Assembly (NCBI GenBank): GCA_963737065.1
Contig: CAVTRC010000001.1
Span: 448,001 to 512,000 of the forward strand
Length of the DNA stretch: 64,000 nt
Direction of reading: 5' to 3'
From: Candidatus Eremiobacteria bacterium
Lineage (GTDB): Bacteria > Vulcanimicrobiota > Vulcanimicrobiia > Vulcanimicrobiales > Vulcanimicrobiaceae
Part shown: positions 1-8,890 of the stretch, piece by piece
How positions within the stretch are numbered: the first letter of the stretch is position 1
How the letters are laid out: every line of letters starts with the position of its first letter
Program-made: the position numbers and the translations under genes
Notes under the pieces: model-generated
What the model saw: the letters and a program-made list of their open reading frames with translations, nothing else
Told to the model about the DNA's origin: nothing
Databases searched by the model: none

Positions 1-672
1 CTCGCCGGCGATCAACGAGATCGACTCAGGGCCGGTCCATGCGAATGCGATCGTCGACCAGAAAATCAAGTCTTTCACGCCCGCGGTCGGGCGTATTGAG
101 TGCACGTTTATCGGTGTCGCCGACCCGAATCGATTCCACGCGTAGATGCCCACGCCGATGAGTAGCAGCGTCACGCTCCAACGCGCGACCGCGCCGACGT
201 TGTTCAACCACTTCTCGACGTCGAGGCCAAAAATGTTGAGCACCGTACCGATCGCGAGACCGCCGATCGAACACAGCATAAAGAAGCTCGCCGACGTGCG
301 CAGACCCACACCACCGGGTGAAATATACAGCGCGTTTCCGACCATGAAGTACAACAGTGCCGGGAAATACGGAAGATTGGTCGTCCAATAGCTCCAGCCG
401 GTCATGAACCCGCTGAACGACCCGAAAGCGTGCTTGCTCCACATGTAGAGCCCGCCTTCTTCCGGATACACGGAATTCAAATAGATAACCGCAATCGCGA
501 GCGGCACGAACATCGCGAAGCAGCCGATGATCCAGACGGTGACGGAACTCGCGCCGGCTGCTGCAGCGGTCGCACACCATTGCAGATTCGAGCCGGTAAT
601 AACGAAGAACAACACAACGTCGAGCAGTCCGAGACTGCGTTTGAGATGCACCGTTTCAACCGGCGATGCCAT
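1..672 (-). CDS. APC-family amino acid permease, truncated by the left window edge
   Basis: Manual translation from ATG 672: MASPVETVHLKRSLGLLDVVLFFVITGSNLQW...YPEEGGLYMWSKHAFGSFSGFMTGWSYW, with the typical APC P-x-x-GG-x-Y-x-W motif and hydrophobic helices. Absent from the ORF track because it has no stop in the window. Confidence 0.88.
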   Translation of the reverse strand, partial: MASPVETVHLKRSLGLLDVVLFFVITGSNLQWCATAAAAGASSVTVWIIGCFAMFVPLAIAVIYLNSVYPEEGGLYMWSKHAFGSFSGFMTGWSYWTTNLPYFPALLYFMVGNALYISPGGVGLRTSASFFMLCSIGGLAIGTVLNIFGLDVEKWLNNVGAVARWSVTLLLIGVGIYAWNRFGSATPINVHSIRPTAGVKDLIFWSTIAFAWTGPESISLIAGE

Positions 673-722
673 GCAAAAGGGCGGGTTCTCACCCGCCCCC
701 GCATTATCCGTCTATCGTTACG

Positions 723-1193
723 TTATTCGATTACGGTTGCATAGAAGTTGTCGCCGGTCCAGTAGCCGTACGCGACGATCTGACGTCCGACGGCAACTCT
801 ACCGGTCTGCATACGGTCGAGTGCCGGTTGATCGTTGATGACAACCGTCTTCGTCGCTTGCTGAATCGTGACGAGATGACCTTTTACCGCCGTGATCGTT
901 CCGACAACGCGTGCGCGATGCGGCCCGACGGCATAACTTGGGCATTTTCCGTTCGACGTCCACGTGCCGTTCGACCAGTCGCCGCAGATTGGATCGCCGT
1001 ATTGATTGTTCGGCCCCATCGCAGCAGTGTCGTCGAGGTCCGCGTTCGGATCCTTATCGACCGTCGTCGTGGTTGTCGTCGTTGTTTGCTGCGTCGTGGT
1101 TCCTTGCGTGTCTTGATTTTGCGTTTGCGCCATCGCGACCGCCCCGGTTGAGAGTGCGAGCAGCGCTGCAAGCGCGAGGCTAACATATTTCAT
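723..1193 (-). CDS. Secreted hypothetical protein with Thr/Gln-rich linker and small beta-rich C-terminal domain
   Basis: Signal peptide MKYVSLALAALLALSTGAVAMA, poly-Thr stretch, Cys pair. GGGTAC motif 10 nt before ATG 1193. Confidence 0.75.
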   Translation of the reverse strand: MKYVSLALAALLALSTGAVAMAQTQNQDTQGTTTQQTTTTTTTTVDKDPNADLDDTAAMGPNNQYGDPICGDWSNGTWTSNGKCPSYAVGPHRARVVGTITAVKGHLVTIQQATKTVVINDQPALDRMQTGRVAVGRQIVAYGYWTGDNFYATVIE

Positions 1194-1254
1194 GTCACCC
1201 AATGTACCCGCAGATCATACCCGACTTAGCGTTGCACCCGCTCGCTTGCACGAC

Positions 1255-2376
1255 TTAACGCTCGTAAAGCCGACGCCGCACGGCTGCTTGCACGACTTCA
1301 TGTTCCAGCGGATGCAGCCGCGCGAACACCGCCCGTCCGTCCTCTTCCGGGCTTACGCGCATCGGACGCCGAGCGAGGACGGGACCGCGGTCCGCTTCGA
1401 GCGTCACTACGTGCATCGTTGCGCCGACCCAAGCGCTTCCGGCGCTAAGGGCATCGCGTACTGCGCGTGCGCCGCGAAACGCCGGGATTTCGCACCCGTC
1501 CGGCATGCCGACGACGTCACGGCTGGAATCGAGCGGTAAAAACGCGGGATGAATGTTGAGCAACGCGGGAAACGCGGTGACAAAACGGGCGTCGAGCAGA
1601 TGCATCCAGCCGAGCAGCAACACGAGTTCGGGTTCGGAGCTCGACACGCGACTCAGCAACATCGCATCGTAGCGGCCGCGTGACTGTTGCGCCCGATCCC
1701 ACACGACGCTTTGCGCTGAAATGCCGGCGCGTTCGGCCCGCTGCAGGACGTATGCATCGGCGCGATTGCTGACAACGGCGCGCAGATCGAGTGGTAATCC
1801 TGCGCGGACGCTGTCGATTACCGACTGCGCGTTCGTGCCGCTTCCGGATGCAAGAATGACGGTTCGCGGCGGCCGTCCTACGAATTGCATCGGATCGAAT
1901 TGTTCCGCGATCCGTGCCCGCGTCTGCCGTTGATAGTACGCGATGAGCCGCTCCGCGCCGACGGCCGCGATCACGGCACGCGCATAACCGCGTGCGCGAA
2001 GTTCGCACAGCGCAACGGCGAGCAATGCTGGGCCGACCGCGCTTCCGCGTTCGCTTCCGACAACGCCGAACGGGCCAAAAACGCCGGCGCCGTGTGCCGC
2101 CGCGACACCGCGCAGCCACGCGAAGCGCAGTCCCCGTGCGTCGAACGTGGCGAAACCGATCGGCGTGCCGTCGCGTGTTGCGACGACGTTCGAACCTGCA
2201 TTCGCTTCGCTGCTCCAGGTGCCGCCGAACGCATCATCAATCCACGCAAGAACGCGATCGGAAGCGCCGTGATGAACGTTCAGCGTGACGCCGATCGTAT
2301 CGAGCGTCCGCTGCTCGTGCGCGACTCGCTGCGCGCCATAACGTTCGTCGAGCTCGACGACGAGGTTGGCAAACAC
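1255..2376 (-). CDS. purN: GNAT acetyltransferase-like domain fused to phosphoribosylglycinamide formyltransferase
   Basis: C-half has ILASGSGTN, LNIHPAFLP, GATMHVV..ADRGP (PurN motifs). N-half has FGPFGV..SERGSAVG..LL..AL..LRARGY (GNAT motif A/B). Directly downstream of purM. Confidence 0.88.
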   Translation of the reverse strand: MFANLVVELDERYGAQRVAHEQRTLDTIGVTLNVHHGASDRVLAWIDDAFGGTWSSEANAGSNVVATRDGTPIGFATFDARGLRFAWLRGVAAAHGAGVFGPFGVVGSERGSAVGPALLAVALCELRARGYARAVIAAVGAERLIAYYQRQTRARIAEQFDPMQFVGRPPRTVILASGSGTNAQSVIDSVRAGLPLDLRAVVSNRADAYVLQRAERAGISAQSVVWDRAQQSRGRYDAMLLSRVSSSEPELVLLLGWMHLLDARFVTAFPALLNIHPAFLPLDSSRDVVGMPDGCEIPAFRGARAVRDALSAGSAWVGATMHVVTLEADRGPVLARRPMRVSPEEDGRAVFARLHPLEHEVVQAAVRRRLYER

Positions 2377-2385
2377 GTATCGCGG

Positions 2386-3423
2386 TTACGTCCCCGAGCG
2401 ATGCACGACGACGTGCGGCTCGTCGTCGCGGCGCGACTCGATTCGCCCGACGATGCGCGCGGGCGGAGCGGCCTGCAGTGCTTTTTCCGCATCGGCATGC
2501 GGCACCACGAGCGTGTAGCCTATGCCCATGTTTAGCGTGCGATACGCTTCGTCATCGCGCAACGAGCCGCGGCGCACGAGCTCGGCCATGATCGGCGGCA
2601 CCGTCCAACGCGTCTGGTCGAAGACGGCTTTTACGCCTGCGGGCAGCGTGCGGGGAACGTTCTCGAGCAATCCGCCACCGGTAATGTGCGCCATCGTTTT
2701 GACCCGCGCAACATGCTCGATCGCGCGCACCGCGTCGTAATACGACGGATGTTCGGCGAGCAAGGCATCAGCGTATGTCGTTCCGTCGAACGTTGCGTTC
2801 CACTCATCGCGTGGAATGAGGGCGCGCGCGAGCGAGTACCCGTTGGTATGCAAGCCGACCGCCGGTAAACCGACGATCGCATCGCCGGCTTCAACCGTCT
2901 CCGGTTTCGGCACGTCGTTTACGTCGACGATACCGACGATCGTACCCGCTAGATCGAAATGTCCGGGCGCGTAGAGGCCCGGCATCTCAGCCGTTTCACC
3001 GCCGAGCAACGCGCAGTCGTGCGCGCGACACGCGTTCGCGCATCCTTCGACAACGGCGGCAGCGACCGCCGGATCCAATTTTCCGGCGGCGAAGTAATCG
3101 AGGAAAAACATCGGCGTCGCATTGACGACCAAGATGTCGTTCACACAATGATTGACGAGGTCGCGTCCTACGCCGCCGTACCGGTGGAGCTCCGCGGCGA
3201 TCAAAATCTTCGTGCCGACACCGTCCGCGGAGGCTACGAGCGCGCGATCGCCGCCGCCCGGTAAGCGAAAGATGCCGCCAAACCCACCGATCGCGTCGAG
3301 CTGATCCGGATGACGCCACGAACCGAGCACGGATTTGTACCGCGCGACTGCTTCGTTCCCGGCGCCAATATCGACGCCGGCGCGCGCATACGCGTCCTGG
3401 GTCCGACTTTCGTCGCTCACCAC
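2386..3423 (-). CDS. purM: Phosphoribosylformylglycinamidine cyclo-ligase (AIR synthetase)
   Basis: YARAGVDI, DGVGTK, GGETAEMPG, GLHTNGYSL, HITGGG, TLNMGIG motifs. Confidence 0.97.
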   Translation of the reverse strand: MVSDESRTQDAYARAGVDIGAGNEAVARYKSVLGSWRHPDQLDAIGGFGGIFRLPGGGDRALVASADGVGTKILIAAELHRYGGVGRDLVNHCVNDILVVNATPMFFLDYFAAGKLDPAVAAAVVEGCANACRAHDCALLGGETAEMPGLYAPGHFDLAGTIVGIVDVNDVPKPETVEAGDAIVGLPAVGLHTNGYSLARALIPRDEWNATFDGTTYADALLAEHPSYYDAVRAIEHVARVKTMAHITGGGLLENVPRTLPAGVKAVFDQTRWTVPPIMAELVRRGSLRDDEAYRTLNMGIGYTLVVPHADAEKALQAAPPARIVGRIESRRDDEPHVVVHRSGT

Positions 3424-3517
3424 CGCACCTGCGAAGGGCGAACAGAGCGTAGCAGACGAAAGTAGGAGACGTTTCTTAGCATCCGATCCACTAGTTCACC
3501 CAACTGAAAGGTAGCCC

Positions 3518-5041
3518 ATGCAAGTCCGTATCGCACACGATGCGCCGGCCACCGTGCGCACCGGCGCGCTGGTCGTTCCCGTATTTTCCGGATCAGAATT
3601 GACCGGCCCGGCGAAAGCCGTCGATGCCGCGCTCAACGGTGCAATCGCCGACGTTCTTTCGTCGGGTGAGATGAAAGGCAAACTCGCCGAGCTCGCATAC
3701 CTTCACGCGAAGGATCAACCGTTCCACCGCGTGCTCGTCGTTGGACTCGGTGAATCGGACAAGTTCGAACCGTTCATGCTTGCGCGTTATGCGGGAACCG
3801 CCGTTCGCTACCTCGGACGCCGGAAGATCACCGAAATTGCAATCGCGCTGCCGGAAGCGGCAAGAGCCGATGCGACGGCCGCCGCGTCATTCATCGCGGA
3901 GGGTTCAATTTCCGGATCGTTCGACACGTCGATTTATCAAGGCGATGAAGACAAACGCAATGCGATCGAGACGGTGACGATTCTTGCGGGCGATGCCGAT
4001 GTGGGCGCGCTCGAGGCCGGCTGTAATCGCGGCACGATTCTCGGCGAAGCCGTAAACTTCGCGCGCACGCTTGCCGTAACACCGGCAAACGACATGACGC
4101 CGACGATTCTTGCGGATGAAGCGACGAAAGCTGCCGGCGAAAGCGGCCTCGAGGTCGAAGTCTTCGACGAAACGCGGGCGCGCGGCGAAGGAATGGGGTC
4201 GTTCCTTTCCGTCGCTCAAGGCAGCGCGCAGCCGCCGAAATTCATCGTGCTTCGCTATAGCGGCGATCCGGGCAACAAAGAACTGATCGCGCTCGTCGGC
4301 AAAGGCATTACGTTCGACACCGGCGGTATTTCGCTGAAGCCGCCGGAGCGTATGGAAGAGATGAAATACGACATGTCGGGTGGCGCGGGCGTCATTGCGG
4401 CGATGCGCGCGATCGGCAAACTCAAGCCGAAGATCAACGTTGTCGGCCTCGTTCCCGCGACGGAAAACATGCCCGGCGGAAAAGCGACGAAGCCGGGCGA
4501 CATCGTGAAAGCGATGAACGGTAAAACGATCGAAGTGATCAACACCGATGCGGAAGGCCGCTTGATTCTTGCGGATGCGCTCTGCTACGCGAACAAACTG
4601 GGCGCAACGAAGATGATCGACTGCGCGACGTTGACCGGCGCATGCGTGATCGCGCTCGGGCATGCCGCAAGCGCCGCCGTAACGAACGACGACGCCTTCG
4701 TCGAACAGTTCCTCAACGTTGCAAAGTCGACCGGCGAGCGGTACTGGCACATGCCGATGTACGAAGATTACGGCAACGCGATGAAGAGCGACATCGCGGA
4801 TTTGAAAAATACCGGCGGTCGCGCTGCCGGCACGCTTACCGCCGCGGCATTCTTGAAGTCGTTCGTGGCCGAAACGCCGTGGATTCACCTCGACATTGCA
4901 GGGACCGCGTACCTCGACAACGAGTTCGCGTGGCAAGCAAAAGGCCCGACCGGCACACCGGTCCGCGCGCTCGTCTCCTACGTCGAAACGCTCGCGGGCT
5001 CACCGGTGATTCACGCAAACGGCGTGAAGGCAACCGTTTGA
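3518..5041 (+). CDS. pepA: Leucyl aminopeptidase (M17)
   Basis: GKGITFDTGG, MKYDMSGG, NTDAEGRL, ATLTGA, WIHLDIAG motifs. Confidence 0.95.
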   Translation: MQVRIAHDAPATVRTGALVVPVFSGSELTGPAKAVDAALNGAIADVLSSGEMKGKLAELAYLHAKDQPFHRVLVVGLGESDKFEPFMLARYAGTAVRYLGRRKITEIAIALPEAARADATAAASFIAEGSISGSFDTSIYQGDEDKRNAIETVTILAGDADVGALEAGCNRGTILGEAVNFARTLAVTPANDMTPTILADEATKAAGESGLEVEVFDETRARGEGMGSFLSVAQGSAQPPKFIVLRYSGDPGNKELIALVGKGITFDTGGISLKPPERMEEMKYDMSGGAGVIAAMRAIGKLKPKINVVGLVPATENMPGGKATKPGDIVKAMNGKTIEVINTDAEGRLILADALCYANKLGATKMIDCATLTGACVIALGHAASAAVTNDDAFVEQFLNVAKSTGERYWHMPMYEDYGNAMKSDIADLKNTGGRAAGTLTAAAFLKSFVAETPWIHLDIAGTAYLDNEFAWQAKGPTGTPVRALVSYVETLAGSPVIHANGVKATV

Positions 5042-5061
5042 ACTAACGTGTCAGCGTAGCT

Positions 5062-6315
5062 TTGTCGAAGGACGAACCGACACCAGGGCCCGGGCGACTC
5101 CGGGCCCTTTTTCGCAATCGCGAATTCGTTGCGTACTTCATCGCGCGGCAAAGCGGATGGTTTGCAACGTCGGTCGCGGACGTGACCATCGGATGGCAAG
5201 TCTTTGCGATACGCCACCGCGCGCTTGATCTCGGTCTCGTCGGGTTGATTGCGTTCGTTCCACAGCTTCTGCTTGCGCTTCCGGCAGGCATACTGGCGGA
5301 TCGCGTTGACCGCAGACTGCTCGGCGTCGTCGTCAACGTCGTCAACTTCGTCTGCTCTCTTATCTACATCGCGCTCGCGGACGCGCATGCGGCGTCGATT
5401 ACGGCGTGGTTCTCCGTACTCGCAGTGCAATCGATAGCTTTCGCCGTCGGCGCGCCCGCGCAACGGTCGATCCTCGCACAGATCGTTCAAGGCGAGCGCT
5501 TCTTGCGCGCCTCCGCGCTCACGTCGTCGGCTGCGCAACTGATCACAATCGCCGGACCCGCAGTCGCCGGGCTGCTCATTGCCGTCGACGTGCCGTTTGC
5601 GTTCGCCGCTGCCGCTGTTGCGCAACTCATCACGGCAATTTCGTACGCAATGCTGACGCCTCGACCGCCCGAGCCGAGCGCGCACGCCGGCGTTTCGCCG
5701 CTGAGCGGCGCACTCGACGGCGCGCGCTACATCTTTGCGAATAGCGTCGTGCTCGGCGCTATCTCACTCGATCTCTTTGCCGTATTGTTCGGCGGCGCAA
5801 CCGCGCTGCTGCCGGTCTTCGCGACGCAGATTCTCCACGTCGGCGCATTCGGCTTCGGACTCCTGCGCGCGGCGCCCGCGATCGGCGCGGCCTGCACGGC
5901 GATCATCATCGCTCGACGGCCGCTTCGCCGTCACGCCGGGCGGTGGCTCTTCGCGTGCGTCGCGGGCTTCGGCGTTTTCACGATCGTCTTCGGGCTCTCG
6001 CGTTCGTTCTGGCTCTCGTTCGCCGCGCTCGCGCTCGCCGACGCGTGCGACATGGTAAGCGTGACGATTCGAACCGCGCTCGTGCAACTGCGCACGCCGG
6101 ACATCATGCGCGGGCGCGTCTCCGCCGTCGAAAACATCTTCATCGGTGCATCGAACGAACTCGGCGCGTTCGAATCCGGCGGAGTGGCATCCCTGATCGG
6201 CGCCGCGCCGAGCGTTGTTCTCGGCGGTGCCGGAACGTTGATCGTCATCGCGCTATGGACGCTGCTGTTTCCGTCGTTACGCCGATTCGATCGCTTGACG
6301 GACGAACGAGAGTGA
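5062..6315 (+). CDS. MFS transporter (MFS_3/EntS-like exporter)
   Basis: About 12 hydrophobic segments, GILADRVDRR motif A, TPDIMRGRV motif. Confidence 0.9.
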   Translation: MSKDEPTPGPGRLRALFRNREFVAYFIARQSGWFATSVADVTIGWQVFAIRHRALDLGLVGLIAFVPQLLLALPAGILADRVDRRLLGVVVNVVNFVCSLIYIALADAHAASITAWFSVLAVQSIAFAVGAPAQRSILAQIVQGERFLRASALTSSAAQLITIAGPAVAGLLIAVDVPFAFAAAAVAQLITAISYAMLTPRPPEPSAHAGVSPLSGALDGARYIFANSVVLGAISLDLFAVLFGGATALLPVFATQILHVGAFGFGLLRAAPAIGAACTAIIIARRPLRRHAGRWLFACVAGFGVFTIVFGLSRSFWLSFAALALADACDMVSVTIRTALVQLRTPDIMRGRVSAVENIFIGASNELGAFESGGVASLIGAAPSVVLGGAGTLIVIALWTLLFPSLRRFDRLTDERE

Positions 6316-6331
6316 CGGCGAATCGAACGCC

Positions 6332-7174
6332 ATGAACATTTTACGTGCGCTCGCGGCTTTCGTTACGGCAACCGTCGCGAGCACGCTCGTGCTCGCTTTT
6401 TCGCCCGTATCAGCGCAAACGAATGCGGTCGTTTCCGTTCTCTATGCCGGCTCGCTCGTGACACCGATGGAGGGTCCGATCAAGTCTGCATTGGCTGCGA
6501 AGGGAATCGACGTTCAAGGCCAGGGCGCGGGGAGCAAACAGCTCGCGAATTTTATCGCGTCCGGAATCAAGAACCCGGACGTGTTTATTAGCGTCGATCC
6601 AAAGCTCGTCTCAGGCCTGGGATCGAAGGTTGCACACGCGGAGACGTTTGCGGCAACGCGCCTTGGTATCGGGTGGTCCGATACATCGAAGTATGCGGCA
6701 CTTTTTCGAAGCGTCGCCTCCGGTAAGACGAGCGTGCTCATTGCATTGCAAACCCCGGGATTGAAGATCGGCCGCACCGATCCAAAACTCGACCCGAAAG
6801 GCACATACACCGTTGAAGCGATGAAACTGCTCGCCGGCGCGGACGAAGAGGAAAAAATATTCGGGCCTGATGAGAACAGCATGCAGACGTTTCCCGAAGA
6901 GGACTTGCTTGCGCGAATCGACGTCGGTGAAGCGGACGTAGGCTTCTTTTACAAAACCGAAGCCGTTGCGCGAGGCCTTCACTTCGTACCCTTGCCGGGC
7001 GCCGCAGCAATGAGCGACAAGATCACGTACACGATCGCAGTGATGAAGGCCGCGCCGCATCCGGATCAAGCCAAGGCATTCGAAGATTTCATCGTCAACG
7101 GAGAAGGCAAGACGATCCTGCAAAAGGCGGGCGTCGACTACTTCACCACACCGCGCTCGGTATCGCCGATTTGA
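6332..7174 (+). CDS. Molybdate/tungstate-type ABC substrate-binding protein (ModA/WtpA-like), with no adjacent permease
   Basis: Signal peptide; YAGSL, GAGS..LA, PDVFISVD, TDPKLDPKG, ITYTIAV motifs. Confidence 0.8.
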   Translation: MNILRALAAFVTATVASTLVLAFSPVSAQTNAVVSVLYAGSLVTPMEGPIKSALAAKGIDVQGQGAGSKQLANFIASGIKNPDVFISVDPKLVSGLGSKVAHAETFAATRLGIGWSDTSKYAALFRSVASGKTSVLIALQTPGLKIGRTDPKLDPKGTYTVEAMKLLAGADEEEKIFGPDENSMQTFPEEDLLARIDVGEADVGFFYKTEAVARGLHFVPLPGAAAMSDKITYTIAVMKAAPHPDQAKAFEDFIVNGEGKTILQKAGVDYFTTPRSVSPI

Positions 7175-7205
7175 CGTAACGGCTAAATAGTTGTACGCTA
7201 CAACT
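7171..7205 (+). promoter_or_regulatory. Sigma70-type promoter with overlapping palindromic operator for the marR gene
   Basis: TTGACG (7171-7176), 17 nt, TACGCT (7194-7199). Perfect inverted repeat AGTTGTA-cgc-TACAACT (7189-7205). Start codon at 7207. Confidence 0.7.
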
Positions 7206-7206
7206 G

Positions 7207-7665
7207 TTGAAAGGGACAACTAGTAGAACGTCCTCCCCGGCGGACGCCGCGGCGTTCGAGGACGAAATCGTCGCGCTGATCCGTGCGCTCGGGCTGCATC
7301 GTCCCGATCGCACGCCATGTGGTCAGCCCGTGTCTGTTGCAGAGGCACAAGCGTTGCACGAACTCGCACGCGAGCCGAGTCTATCGCAGAACGTACTGGC
7401 CTCCAGAATGCATCTGGAGAAGAGCACGATCAGCCGCATTGCAAGTGCGTTAGAGAAATGCGGCTGGCTCGCGCGGACGCGTGACGAGGACGACTCACGG
7501 GTATTGCGTCTGCGACTTACACCACTCGGGTCGCGCGTCGCTCGAAACTTGGCGAGGTCGCGCGCCGAAAAATTCGCTCGCGTTTTTCATTCGCTGCCAC
7601 GCGATCGCCGTACAGCGGTCATCGAATCGCTCGCTCTTCTCTCGGAGGCGTTAGATGCGGACTAG
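7207..7665 (+). CDS. MarR-family transcriptional regulator
   Basis: LSQNVLASRMHLEKSTISRIASALEKCGWLARTRDEDDSR..RLTPLG winged HTH; N-terminal TPCG Cys. Confidence 0.9.
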   Translation: MKGTTSRTSSPADAAAFEDEIVALIRALGLHRPDRTPCGQPVSVAEAQALHELAREPSLSQNVLASRMHLEKSTISRIASALEKCGWLARTRDEDDSRVLRLRLTPLGSRVARNLARSRAEKFARVFHSLPRDRRTAVIESLALLSEALDAD

Positions 7666-8134
7666 AATCGGTTTCATTGTGACGCTTGCGCTTCTTACGG
7701 CGCCGGCTTCAGCGGACACCGCCGCACAACATCACGCGACGGTCATGTCGCACGGAGCGCAGGTAATGCCGTTCGATCGGAAGGCGGCCATGCATATGTT
7801 CACGCCGACCTCGCGCGGTGGCACGCTCGAACTCATGGTTCACAGCATGAATGCAACGCAAATCACGATCGTCCGCGCTCACCTACGCTCGGAAGCGGCG
7901 AAGTTCGCGGTTGGGGACTATTCCGACCCGGCATACATTCACGGGAAATCAATGCCGGGACTCAAGGGTATGGAGCAGAACGTCATCGCCGTTCGCTATT
8001 CCGATACGTCGATGGGCGGACGAATCGTGTTTTGGGGTTCGGACCGGCAAGCGATCGAGAGCGTCCATAAATGGCTCGCGGCGCAGCGCGCCGACCACGG
8101 CACCACGCACCGCGAGTGCAACATGAAGATGTGA
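7655..8134 (+). CDS. Secreted His/Met-rich conserved hypothetical protein, possibly metal binding
   Basis: Signal peptide; HHATVMSHGAQVMPFD..HMF, GDYSDPAYIHG..MPGL; overlaps the marR stop region. Confidence 0.75.
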   Translation: MRTRIGFIVTLALLTAPASADTAAQHHATVMSHGAQVMPFDRKAAMHMFTPTSRGGTLELMVHSMNATQITIVRAHLRSEAAKFAVGDYSDPAYIHGKSMPGLKGMEQNVIAVRYSDTSMGGRIVFWGSDRQAIESVHKWLAAQRADHGTTHRECNMKM

Positions 8135-8140
8135 GCGTCG

Positions 8141-8180
8141 AAAGACGAAAATCCGCGAATATCGCGGATTTTCGTTTTTT
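8141..8180. terminator. Bidirectional intrinsic terminator
   Basis: 14-bp stem ACGAAAATCCGCGA-ata-TCGCGGATTTTCGT followed by TTTTT and preceded by AAAG; lies between convergent genes. Confidence 0.88.
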
Positions 8181-8196
8181 ACGCAAATTACACTGA

Positions 8197-8742
8197 TTAC
8201 GGATACGTCGGCGACTCAATCGGCTCTTCGACTTCTTCTCTCCAAGTGGTCATGGGACCGTCAACGGTGACGAGCTGCAAGAGCTGCCAAAGGCTGCCGG
8301 TATTTTGCGTGTCGTCTCTAATCGATTTATCGTCTAAGCCGACATCGCTCGACCGTTCGGGTGCCGCAGTAACGTACTCGCCCGACGCCGCGTTTTGAAT
8401 CGTTACGTAGCTTTTCCCGATACCGGTCTGCCCTGCATCTGCGAGGGTCCATCGCGTGCGCCGGCCGTCATCCTCTTCCGCGAACGCCGGTTGTTTCGAA
8501 TCTCCGTTTTGCGCGCAGAGATACGTTTCGCGCCACGTGTTCGTGTTCATCAGGGATAGCGTGTAATTGCCCTCCGCTTGAGGAACGATGTGCCACGTTG
8601 TCAACATTCGCTCTGCGTGCATGGAATGCGCGTGCAAGTTCACGCCGCCTTGCTGCGCCGCCTGTCCTCCGAGGAATCGCACTGTTCCGGCGTCATCGCT
8701 CGCCGCTACGATGTTGAAGAACCCGTTTAACGTATATGGCAT
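8197..8742 (-). CDS. Hypothetical protein with probable ricin-type beta-trefoil repeats
   Basis: Three W-containing repeats (WHIVPQAEGNYTL, RWTLADAG..YVTIQNAASGEYV, LWQL). GGGAG upstream; no signal peptide. Confidence 0.6.
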   Translation of the reverse strand: MPYTLNGFFNIVAASDDAGTVRFLGGQAAQQGGVNLHAHSMHAERMLTTWHIVPQAEGNYTLSLMNTNTWRETYLCAQNGDSKQPAFAEEDDGRRTRWTLADAGQTGIGKSYVTIQNAASGEYVTAAPERSSDVGLDDKSIRDDTQNTGSLWQLLQLVTVDGPMTTWREEVEEPIESPTYP

Positions 8743-8890
8743 GTTCGTCTCCCAAATCGAGATGCATGGTTGTACCCGCTAGTTGCGAGTGGACAGCGCA
8801 GCTCACGGCTGCTTCTACGACCGGCAATTCGCAGGCCGGATGCCCGTCTGCCAGCCTATCGTGCTCGTGCCGCCGTCCTGAATCGGCGTC

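Noticed and set aside
26..744. ORF-track calls at the left edge
   Set aside because: They are shadows of the APC permease, which reads off the window in another frame.
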